NCBI RefSeq assembly: GCF_022045235.1 | Contig: NW_027266272.1 | Coordinates: 29,760,001 to 29,824,000 of the forward strand | Direction of reading: 5' to 3' | Length of the DNA: 64,000 bases | Source: Haliotis cracherodii | Lineage: Eukaryota | Part shown: in pieces, positions 1 to 11,039 of the stretch | How positions within the stretch are numbered: position 1 is the stretch's first letter | How the letters are laid out: each line of letters starts with the position of its first letter | The notes under the pieces: generated by a model | Seen by the model: only the letters and a program-made list of their open reading frames with translations | Told to the model about the DNA's origin: nothing | Databases searched by the model: none | Program-made: the position numbers and the translations under genes

Positions 1-320
1 TCTCAAGAGTTGGGTATGAAATGTCCGGTTGGAAAAAGTTTTACCGTAGCCCTGGCAAAAGATTCAGATATTGATATCAAACGATCATATCATGCATACA
101 CTGAAGTTGACTGAAGCTGTATCTTTATTCAAACATATCTAAGTCAGAAGGAATGTATGCATAGTCAGAAAGAAATGCAGACATTAGAGTGTAACCATGG
201 AGTTTTTTGTTATTGTCATTTAATAATACATCAAGTGACAAACTATGGGTCTGGGTAGTCCTGTGGGTACCTGGGTCTTATTCAGGACATAGCTGACACA
301 AGTAACGTGTCCCAGCCCTA
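1..320. mobile_element. Right part of a hAT-like non-autonomous DNA transposon (MITE), truncated by the window start
   Basis: Aligns by eye with 57756-58492 (tctcaa.agttgggta..aaatgtccg; gtgtaacc.tggagtt; gggtagtcctg) and ends in ...cagcccta, the complement of a TAGGG terminus. Confidence 0.6.
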
Positions 321-549
321 GAACAGTAGCTCTCTGTACAAACATTGTATTGCCTCACTGAATCCAGCAAGAGTAGTAATAGAATGAGAGAGTCAGTTAT
401 AAATATATAAAAAAAAAATATTTGTAAATGCATTTTATGAAACTAAATACTATCATGTGTAATTTACTGTAAACAATACTGTCATTATTGCCTATTAACT
501 GATCAAATAATCAACTGATAATATGCATGTCGCTTTCTATAACAGGCAG

Positions 550-805
550 TAGGGCTGCGACGAGTCCAAATTTACGACCCGGTACCCTAAATTACCCTAT
601 CCGACCTGGGTAGGCCTGAAGTTGGGTAAAAACTGTCCGATTCAACGATTGGGCAACACTTCCCTTTAAAAAATATAGAATCAAATGAATTGAGCGTAAA
701 TGCATTGGACATGCTTTTTTTGGAGTTTTGTTGTTAATGGGCCCGTGTTATTCTGTGGACCAACCCGACCCGGGTAACCTTCGGCTTCTCGTCAGTTACC
801 CCTCG
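550..805. mobile_element. Short/deleted copy of the same hAT-like MITE family
   Basis: Starts tagggctgcgacgagtccaaatttac, matching 57691 taggcctggtacgagtccaaatttac. The right end is poorly defined. Confidence 0.5.
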
Positions 806-2349
806 AAGGCCTATATAATATATACCAGGCAGCCCAAGGACTATCAGAATTTGCATGTTTCGTGTTGCGTATGTATTTGTACGATATCGCCTTGCGGGAT
901 CGTGTTTGTTTTGTTTTGTTTTGCGGTTAGGCTACCATACTTACCCATATTTAATACGTCAACAAAGAGTCAATCGTCGAAGGTGCAAGTGCAACTGCAA
1001 GCGACCGTGCGAAGATGGCACGTGCAGGTCACGTGTCAAACAATAACACTATATGCCGTATTATCACCAAGGCAGGCCGCGAACTGTGTACCATTATATC
1101 TAGATCAATTGACAATAGATTAGGTGGGAACAACTTATGTTCCTTGTCGCCAACAGAGGGCGGTTGTTACCGAATCCAGCTGACCAGGTGAACAACTAGA
1201 TGTAAACATTAGAGTTATCTCCCTTCCTCTGACATCGCACGTTCTTCTCATGCCACATGCACATGTATACAGACAGTGCCAGTTAGCAGTTCCATTTTGG
1301 CAATATTTACTGCATTGTTTGCTTTTGGCATATTTTCTTGCTTCTCATAATTAAAGGTTCTTTCCATTTATGTAACTTGACGACGATAGGGATTATCTCA
1401 TTAAATAATGCTTGGGTGTGTGTATATAATTAATTAATGATCTTTTATAAAACAATTCCCTGGCCCAATGTGCTTCTATTTGTGAATTACTATATCAGAT
1501 AGTCTTAAAATAGACTTCGTGGTTTTTTTATAAATGCAAGTTAAAAATCCCAAACCATATCTTGCTAACAATAATCCAGGTAAACCTGTCTATAACCAGT
1601 TCTCACTTTACTTAGATACGAATATACACTCCTCTGTCAAAAGAAGCATATCGTGTCACATAGCAACCAAAACAATGTTTTTTCAACAAGTTTATTTGAA
1701 TTATAACCACTCAGGACCCTCTGGACTCGGGGCAAAACGAGAACGCGTCTCGTTCAGATTCAAACATGGACCTTCTTCACCCATACTGTATTGAGATTGA
1801 GATATCACGTTTTATCCACAACATGACAAGCGCAATTAGCAAAATAACAACTGGCACAAGTGTATTGCGGTATACGTGGTATATAAAATATTGAAAAAAA
1901 ATATTGCCGTTTTCGTTAACATGTGTTACCGTTTTTGACTCTTGCATCGGGCGTACTGTTTTATTGTAATGTGGTGCTAAAACTGTGTTTTCAGTTGGGG
2001 ATATATGGCTTAACTTGATCAGAGACTTGTAGGATTACTAGTCCGACGGACCTCGACAATCCCCGTTAATACAGATGTTACTGTTCAAATTGAAATGGCT
2101 CCTGACTGCGAACCATGTACTGCTAAGAGTTATGCCTATTGAAGAGCAGTTAACTCGAGCTATCGCTTCCGGTAAAAGGAATTCCATAGAATAACGGAAT
2201 TTAACAGAACTGCCCACGATCGATATGCCATGAATGAACAGGCAACGATATAGAAAACTATAGCGTCAAATCGGCCTCGGTGAAACGCACGTAACGATAA
2301 TAATCTCATTTATAATGCGTGTTAGACTTCATTATTACCCCGTTCAATG

Positions 2350-3185
2350 TTTGTTTGTTTATTTGTTGTTTAACGCCACACTCAGCAATATTCAAGCTTT
2401 ATGACGGCGGTCTGCTAATAATCGAGTCTGGACCAGACAATCCAGTGATTGACATCATAAGCATCAATCTACGCAATTGGGATGCGATGACATGCACCAA
2501 CAAAGTCAGCGAGTCAGACCACTCCATCCCGTTAGTCGCTTCTTACGAAAAGCATAGTCGCCTTTTACGGCAAGCATGGGTTGCTGAAGACCTATTCTAT
2601 CCCATCTTCCCGAGGCAAGGGAGTTTATTGACTATAAAAGTCCCGTTTTCACCCTTGCCGAACTAGGCTGCAATTATGGAGTTACATTTTTGCTGGACTA
2701 ACGAGTCTATGCATAGTCCTATCAAAATCGCGTAACGAACTAGACATCCGGTTCGTAAACAACATGGATTTCAACGTGCAGATTGCCGTCGAGTGCAGGA
2801 TTTGCACAGCATGTGTACCGCCAACTGGGCGTCGACATATATTTTGCGCATTCTTTCATGCTTTTAATCAAGATGCTCACTTGATTTGATGCACATCGCG
2901 GGGTAAGACCCGTTTCATTACAATATATACATCCTGATCATTGAGCAGATCGTCTTGATTGGGCACCGCCACTTTGTTTGAAGCAAATGCAAGTGATATG
3001 AGAGACGGAATCTAATTGGTCAATAGGGGGAACTTAAAAGGGACATAACTCGTAATAGCCACTGGTGGCGCTACGATCTAGTCCAGAAATTCCAGCCTAG
3101 TTCGACAAGGGTGGAAACTGGACTTTTGTGGTCAGTTAACTCCCTTGCCTCGGGAAGATGATTCTACCCCGGATCTTCACGGGAC
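2350..3185 (-). mobile_element. SINE family 1 (GACCCGTGAAG head, (AAAC)n tail), split by a MITE
   Basis: Homologous to the copies at 15.3, 16.3, 22.5, 38.6 and 58.6 kb. Flanked by a 13-bp TSD accccgttcaatg (2337-2349) / accccggtcaatg (3186-3198). Confidence 0.9.
2603..3160. mobile_element. MITE with ~67-bp TIRs and 9-bp TSD (Mutator-like by TSD length)
   Basis: Left end catcttcccgaggcaagggagtt..ttgac...aaaagtcc.gttt.cacccttg.cgaactaggctg is the reverse complement of the right end. TSD attctatcc (2594-2602) / attctaccc (3161-3169) is confirmed against uninterrupted SINE copies. Confidence 0.9.
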
Positions 3186-3599
3186 ACCCCGGTCAATGGA
3201 TCAGTGCACAACTTGCATTCTCATTTCTCTGGGGAGTAAGTGATGGAGGCTCTTGATGTGAACCGAACCTGGTGGGATGAGCCAACGCAGTAACCACTGG
3301 GCTACCTGTTTTCCGGTTAAATTTGACATTTTAAATTGTGTCAATACTTTGAATGAAACTTATCCTTTCTATCTTCCTTTATTAATGATATCCTTGATTA
3401 AAACTGGTGACTAATGTCCGCCCTGGTTGTTAGAAATGTAGTAACCTCGTTTGGCCAAAAGTTTACTTATCAATGGCACTTACCAACACGGATACAGATG
3501 CACAAAGACAGAGATAGAGATGCATACACAGATATACGTTCACAGACACAGATACATGCTCATATACTCATGGCACTACATCATTATTACACCGGTAAT

Positions 3600-3715
3600 T
3601 GTTTGTTTGTTTGTGTGTTGTTTAACGCCGCACTCAGCAATATGCCAGCTAAATGACGGCGGTCTGTAAATAATTGAGTTTGGACAAGCATGGGTTACTG
3701 AAGACCTATTCTACA
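3600..3715 (-). mobile_element. SINE family 1, internally deleted copy
   Basis: The (gttt)n tail and aacgccgcactcagcaatat are joined directly to gcatgggttactgaagacctattctac. Confidence 0.75.
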
Positions 3716-3719
3716 CATT

Positions 3720-3930
3720 TCCCTGGAGAGTATGCAACCCAAGTTGTTTTTTTGCGTTTGGTTTATGTTTCACAATACAATTCACCCTTCCAGGTACCCA
3801 TTCACTGCTGGGTGAGCAACTGCCGTTTTTAAACAAAGTGACATGTCTAAGGTGACCTTGTATGTAACCTGTGTTTCAGTGTGGGCAGGACCGAGGCCCT
3901 AGATACTCTCATGAGTTCAAACTGAGCTGA
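3720..3930. mobile_element. Degenerate SINE remnant with a Deu/Nin-like core
   Basis: ccaggtacccattcactgctgggt at ~3790 resembles the Deu/Nin conserved SINE domain as I recall it. Boundaries are uncertain. Confidence 0.3.
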
Positions 3931-4010
3931 TTACAAATACATGTACAGTGTTTTTTGTTTGTTTGTTAGAATTGTATTGTTCTCTCATTCATTAAAAAAT
4001 ACCAACATGT

Positions 4011-7000
4011 AAATGTTTGGGCTGGGTTAAACATTGGAGGTACCACATGAAATCAACATAAAATGAACTATTACACTCTAGTAAGTATAAAATACTCATT
4101 GCCAGACAAATCGTCTGCTGAATAAGGCCCGCCAGACACCCCCAAATGTTGACCCTTAATGCACTCAGTGGACACTCTGTTAAAATTTGACTAGAGTATA
4201 CATTCAAAGTACCAGATGAAAGTAAGTTTAGATGAACAGGTACATGTTACTGAGTACAAAACGGCCCATACCTGACAAAGTTTCCTCTGCATAAGGTCCG
4301 CCATACCCCTCAGAGAGGGTCCCAAAATTTGGGCTGGGTTAAACATTGGAGGTGCCACATAAAACCAACATAAAATGAACAATTGCACTCTGCTTATTGC
4401 ACAATACCCATTGCCAGACAAATCATCTTCTGCATAAGGCCCGCCAGACACCTACAAAAAGTTGACCCTTCAGGTATACACGGGTAAAATTGGGCTGGAA
4501 TATATATCGATTGTACCAAATTAATGTAAGTTTAAATGAACAGGTTCATATCACAGAGTACAGAATGGGCGACATCAGACAAATCTTCCTCTGTATAAAG
4601 CTTAAACATTGGAGGTATCACATGGAACCAACATAAAATGAACTATTACACTCTACTTATTACAAAATACCCATTGCCAGACAAATCATCTTCTGCCTAA
4701 GGCCCGCCAGACACACCCTCACCCCATCCCACCCCACACAGTTGACCCTCTGTAATCCCAGTGTGCATAATGAAACATAGGAGGAAGAAGAGCATTGGAC
4801 ATCAGCTCTGAGAGTCAACAGATGGCCAAATTTATGTTTTGTTCTTAAAGATGGAAGGATTTTATTGAGATTAAAATCACGTATTTATAAAATTAGGTCT
4901 CTGAATACTCGTATGGATATCATAGATTAGGCCTATCGTTGAGATGTAATGAAAATGGCATGAATCTGATTCTTGTGAATATATATCTGATCAGCTATGA
5001 AGTCCCAAAACCCTGCTATAGGCTGATAGCTTGGTTATCGATTCCTACAAGCCAGATTGGCATATGATGCTATATGCCATGATTTTATATACTGAACAAC
5101 AAAAGTTGCTGTTACATTGAATATGATTTAATGCAAAGTTATGTTTTTTACCAAATCTGAAACAATTTTGGTTTGCAACAGATAAAAGACTCCTGTAAGT
5201 TTTCAAATGGTTTAATTTGTCATACTGACTTCAGAAAATGCGTGGTTTCATAAAAAAAACCATGAACATGCCAAAATGTCAATTTAAAAATAAATAGTGT
5301 CCACCTCTGGTTGCGATGCAAGCAAGACATCTTCGTCTCATGGAATTGGCCAGGCGTCCTGTGGGATATCTGCTGGAGCATGTTTCGAAGTTCCTGGAGT
5401 GTCTGTGGAACACGTGGTTGACGTCGAAGGCGCCGATCCATCTCATCCCACATGTGCTCGATTGGTGATAGATCAGGGGAGCGAGCCGGCCAGGGGATGA
5501 CATTCACGTTGTTTTGTTGAAGAGTTCCTGAAAAAGTCGAGCAATATGAGGCCGGGCGTTGTCATGTTGAAAGGTAATGCCTGGGCCATGATGACGCAAA
5601 AACGGTAGAACAACAGGACCGATGATCTCGTCGCGGTAGCGCTGTCCATTGAGATTTACCTCTACCACTATCAAACGGGTCCTCTGTTTTGCTGTAATCC
5701 CACCCCAAACCATAACGCTGCAAGTTTATTAAGCAAGTTTTATCATCTAAAAAGCTGAATTCAGGCCAAATATATCTTCATATTTATCAATTTTACATAG
5801 ACGTCTTTTTCTTCGTTGACGAGATACTATTGCGTCTGGAAAATCAAGTCTAACCCAATGCAATGGTATCAATAGACTTATATCAAAGGCTAGGCCTATC
5901 GAGATATCGAGATTAGACTAGCTCACTGTATAAATGGATGCTGCATGGATAAAACCATGCTTGATGACACATAACCTGCAGGAATGTCAACAAAAAGGAG
6001 ATCTGGCTTGAATTTTTTTTAAAGAAACCTTCTCGCCACGATAAAAAACAACCTTTTTCTAAAACCCTTACCTTATTAATTTGCTTACTCGTACGAACGT
6101 ATTTGTAAACTTTCAAGCCATTTTTAAATTTGTGCGACAAGGTAGGCCAACGATCGAGCGAGAACTATGCAACCAATCATTTACATTGCATTAGTTAGAA
6201 TGATTTTCCTGACGCAGTAGTATCTCGTCAAAGAAGAGAGGACGTCTATGTAAAATTGATAAATGTGGACAGCTTTTTAGATGATAAAACTTGCTAAATA
6301 AACGGAGATCAGAGGTTTTTAAACACAATTATCACCAAGAGATTTACAAATGGCATTAGGGAGTAGGGACTATCATTAACGATTCTTATAGCAGGCTTTG
6401 AGGACTACCTAAGCATGTTTGTGTTTGTATGAATCCATAGCCAAGCTATCAGGCTATAGCAGGCTTTGAGGTCTTCATAGCTGATCAGATATATATTCAC
6501 AAGAATCAGATTCATGCCATTTTCATTACATCTCAACGATAGGCCTAATCTATGATATCCATACGAGTATTCAGAGACCTAATTTTATAAATACGTGATT
6601 TTAATCTCAATAAAATCCTTCCATCTTTAAGAACAAAACATAAATTTGGCCATCTGTTGACTCTCAGAGCTGATGTCCAATGCTCTTCTTCCTCCTATGT
6701 TTCATTATACACACTGGGATTACAGAGGGTCAACTGTGTGGGGTGGGATGGGGTGAGGGTGTGTCTGGCGGGCCTTAGGCAGAAGATGATTTGTCTGGCA
6801 ATGGGTATTTTGTAATAAGTAGAGTGTAATAGTTCATTTTATGTTGGTTCCATGTGATACCTCCAATGTTTAAGCCTTAAACAGAGGAAGATTTGTCTGA
6901 TGTCGCCCATTTTGTACTCTGTGATATGAGCCTGTTCATTTTAACTTACATTAATTTGGTACAATCGATATATATTCCAGCCCAATTTTACCCGTGTATA

Positions 7001-7640
7001 CCTGAAGGGTCAACTTTTTGTAGGTGTCTGGCGGGCCTTATGCAGAAGATGATTTGTCTGGCTATGGGTATTGTGCAATAAGCAGAGTGCAATTGTTCAT
7101 TTTATGATGGTTTTATGTGGCACCTCCAATGTTTAACCCAGCCCAAATTTTGGGACCCTCTCTGAGGGGTATGGCGGACCTTATGCAGAGGAAACTTTGT
7201 CAGGTATGGGCCGTTTTGTACTCAGTAACATGTACCTGTTCATCTAAACTTACTTTCATCTGGTACTTTGAATGTATACTCTAGTCAAATTTTAACAGAG
7301 TGTCCACTGAGTGCATTAAGGGTCAACATTTGGGGGTGTCTGGCGGGCCTTATTCAGCAGACGATTTGTCTGGCAATGAGTATTTTATACTTACTAGAGT
7401 GTAATAGTTCATTTTATGTTGATTTCATGTGGTACTGTCAATGTTTAAGGCAGCCCAAATTTTGGGAGCCTCTCTGGGGGTGTCTGGCAGGCCTTATGCA
7501 GAGGAAGATTTGTCTGGTGTGGCCCATTCTGTACTTTGTGAGATGAACCAGTTCGTTTACACTTACTTTCATGTGGTACCTCCAATGTTTGATCCAGCCC
7601 TTGAATGGTCCCTTCTTTTGGGGGGCCAGGGGCCACACGT
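4011..7640. mobile_element. Foldback-like element: ~1.04 kb inverted arms built of degenerate internal repeats, with a second inner inverted repeat
   Basis: 4011-5050 is the reverse complement of 6425-7463, near-identical over ~4040-5000 vs ~6475-7435 (the ORF track shows the same peptide at 3992-4207(-) and 7268(+)). Inner IR 5724-5865 / 6184-6303. An extra repeat module extends to ~7640 on the right only. Confidence 0.8.
5088..5722 (-). pseudogene. Tc1/mariner transposase 3' fragment with right TIR
   Basis: Motifs SVMVWGG, FQHDNARPH and WPARSPDLSPIEHMWD are spread over frameshifted ORFs 5504-5713, 5220-5507 and 5279-5503. Terminus tatactgaacaacaaaag at ~5088. Confidence 0.9.
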
Positions 7641-7693
7641 AGCAGGGGGTCCCCGGCAGACATCCATATATGAATATGTTTGGTTACACAGTA

Positions 7694-8710
7694 GCCTGCA
7701 ACCTCGGGGTATCGCGGTACTTGTCATGTACGCTAAACGGAACAAAATGCACTCACTAACCTTTATGTTTATTCGTGTTCTCTGTATCAGATATCACTCA
7801 TGTTATCAAACAATGCATATTTTACTGATAAAAGTTCATTATTTACATCAGTAGCTCCGAGTAAAAGCCGGGCCTCGCGCTCTGTTTGACAAGGGAGAAA
7901 ACTCCATCGTATCGCGGTACAGAGAAAAGTTGTGTATGGAGGTCCGAATTGGACAAAAAGAGGACATAATTCTACCAACCACTTGGTATGATCATGCCAG
8001 ACATCAGTGATTTGTCCAGACAAGTGCAAAGACAGCACAAGTAAAATTCTAAATGTGTTATCAGCAATAGGTATTCAATGCATATTTACCGAAAAGTAAG
8101 AGGAAAATATTTTTATAAGTCAACATCAAAATATCAGAAATGATATTTGAAGACTGTTTATAAAAAATTGGATGACAATAATTTGTCACAAAATGGAAAA
8201 ATGTTAAAAGTCAACAATAAATATATAAAAAGCACTCCTAGTATGCCCAAAGTATGTATTTATCTTTTGGTTAATAGTGAAGAACGTATTTCTAAGTTTG
8301 GCATTATGGCCCTTATGATCTCCCAATAGATTCTGGGCACAGAGCGGGAAAAAATGTGCGGACTACGTAACTTCCGTTACCTCATTAGTCGCCATGAATA
8401 TGCAGATGGTTTAGTTCAGGTCGATAGAGAAAGTTTACTTGGGGAACTGCAGGTTATATCGTTGGCCATTGATAGATGGGGGTAAGGCAATATTACAACA
8501 GATGCCAGAAATGTGTATCAACTGATTAATAACTCCTTACTTACAGCAGACGGAACATTCCGAGGAAATTGAAATTGTTTACGAAGTGAGCACTTCGTGG
8601 TTACTGATTTGCATTAATACACAGCCGCTAAGAGGCGTGTCCCGCGTGAACTATCGGAAATCACAAATGCCGCGATACGATGAATGCCGCGGTACCATGG
8701 GGTCCGAGTA
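7694..8710 (-). mobile_element. Non-autonomous, internally deleted relative of the pogo-type element at 31600-34666
   Basis: The left ~350 bp and right ~500 bp align to the ends of 31600-34666. TA on both sides (7692-7693, 8711-8712). The transposase core is missing. Confidence 0.9.
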
Positions 8711-8964
8711 TAAATGTTCCTGTGTTCGGATATTGGTACCTTGTTCGTTTGACCAAAGTGCTCTGGGCTGCTGCTCTAAGAAACAGCAGTAAAATTCCTA
8801 TTGATCAGGGGAGGTAACTCTCACTAGTTGTTGCGGGTGTGAGTAGAGGCCCCTTGAACTGACTTTCGCATTAATACTATGATCTGTAGTATGGCAACTC
8901 CCGAAAAACGTCAACACAAAACAACTCTCTCATAAGGTCTTTGACAGACGGAAGTCAAGAAATG

Positions 8965-9045
8965 TCCACACATGCGCAGTGTAATCGTTTCCTGAGGCGT
9001 CATGACAACGCTTGCCTCCTTCCTGTGTGTCAGCCATTTTGACAG
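8965..9045 (+). promoter_or_regulatory. Candidate TATA-less core promoter of orphan gene copy A
   Basis: cttcctgtgtgtcagccattttga (9019-9042) is identical at 23018-23041. It contains ETS (CTTCC) and YY1 (GCCATTTTG) motifs, with shared ggcgtcatgacaac and catgcg upstream. Confidence 0.6.
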
Positions 9046-9125
9046 ATTGCACTGGAGTATATTGCAAGTTTTGCGATCGTTTACGACTTTGAGAGTTTGT
9101 GAGAGCTGAGGAGGTGAAGAAAATC

Positions 9126-10765
9126 ATGAATCCAAGTACAGGAGGTATGTGATGAGTATGTTTTGATCTGTGATGGTGCTGTATATGATAAGGTATAGTG
9201 TTGCAAAACTGACTATGCCACTATCACATTTTGCCTGCCTGTAAATTCAGAGACAAAAGTGTTCTCGTTCATTGTTTTTACATACAGAAGTCATCATAGC
9301 ATATACTGCATATGCTTGATCTAGATCGGGATATTACTATCTAAATGCACGACCCTGTGTACTTGTAGCCTTCCCACATACTATAAAATTGCATTGTAAA
9401 TATGATACGACCATTCTACTACATTCTAGTCAGTTGTTCAGTTGTCAGAACATCAGTTTTCAAGCAGTACTAAAACAAAATGCATATGTATTTTATTATT
9501 GTTTCTTCATATGTTAATCATTACAGTAGCTGTTTCCCGCTTGCCCCCTGGGCTGCCTACAGTGGTGATGGGAGATGGGACCAGATGTCTGGTAGATCAC
9601 AACACTATCTGGATACCAGCTAGTAATCCTGTTAACCTCTCCCTGGGTCCTGGTAACCCACAGCCAAAACTCCTGCAGCCTCGAGTTCAGCCATCTGTGA
9701 CTGGTATCCCCCTGCCTCCTGCAGTCCAGCCACGACCTTGCAGTGGACGTAGGAAGATGATGCCAACCTGCAAGCTGCCTGTCAGCCTGCCCAGTTCAGA
9801 GCTAGACCTGCAGCTGATGAGACCAGAGGTATATTACGTTTTTGATCGTTTTTAAATGTAACTGGAAAAAGACATTATTCTCTTTCATATTGCAAAATGT
9901 GAAATGATACATTGACTGTATGACCCATCAGGCCTTCTCCTGTGCCCTGCCCCCACTTGACCTTCCCAGATCAGTACCCCAACTCCTGTCTGTAGCCCAT
10001 GTTGAAAGTCCAGCCATACCTTCAACAAGCAGCCCCAAACCCAATTCCAAGACCCCTATCCTCCCAAAGCAAAAACCTGAGCTCAAGCCCTGCAAACGCA
10101 AGCCCCACACTTTCAGACCAAAACCTCAGCCAAAGCCTCGCATTCCCAAGGAGAAAGTGAGCAAGCATCAGCCTGAGAGCAAGCCCTACTTTGTGCCTCA
10201 GCCTCTTGGAGCTCAGCACATCAAAACCCAGAACAAACCCCTTGGGAACCGTGTCACTAAGCCCTCTGGTAGTCATGGTATCGTTAAGACCTCATCTAAG
10301 CTTAGTTTTGGTAAACAGTTGTTGTCTGCTGAAAATGCTTACACAAAGCCAAAGTCTGTGTTGCCCAGTACAGGTTGCAAGACCTTGCCTGTCTCTATTA
10401 AGAATGTAAAGGATCAGGTTGTTTCAGCATCAGAGAGTGCTAAGTCAGGTGGTGTCACTGCTGTCACAGTAAGTGTAAATCCAGCCAAGACAATGGACAG
10501 AGCTGAGCCAAACTCTGATGAATATGATGTGGAATATCTGTATCTTACTAAACTCATTTTAAGGAAAAAGAGGAAACCCACTGCTGAGCCCAGCAAGGAG
10601 TCCCTGCCCTCACGCAAGAGGAAGTGCCCAGATGACAACAGCGAGGTGTCCCAAGCTGAGAAGCAGGCAAGACTGGAGGAGCCCCAGGACACTCTGGAGG
10701 ACCTGGAAGCTCTCCTGACTGAGTACAGCTCCAGTCTCTTATCTGGCACCAGGGACTTCTTCTAA
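9126..10765 (+). CDS. Orphan Pro/Lys-rich putative nuclear protein, copy A; exons 9126-9144, 9527-9828, 9932-10765 (384 aa)
   Basis: GT-AG introns with compatible phases (1, 0) and an uninterrupted spliced ORF. The same exon structure occurs in the paralog at 23131. Basic NLS-like clusters RKKRK and RKRK; acidic C-terminus. Confidence 0.8.
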
Positions 10766-11039
10766 ACACTGTAAGGGGCAGGGGACAGGTAGGTATAGAT
10801 AAGTGTATAGTGGTTAGGTTAATGTAAGTACATGGTGATCTTTCTCTAAGCTTTCCTTGTTCAAGGCTGTCAACCATCTGCTACCGGTTCTGTTTTATAT
10901 GATAAGAAACTTATAGGTCTACTGCCCAATGTCTACACTCTACTGAATATCGTGCTATATTCTGTGCCTTGACAATTTCTCTGTCTATGGTATTCTACCC
11001 AATTTATCTATATTCCTCTTATTCTTGTGAACCCCATAT

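Noticed and set aside
10518-10575. Chromodomain start (EYDVEYL) in the orphan protein
   Set aside because: The rest of the chromodomain (Y.VKW.G) is absent.
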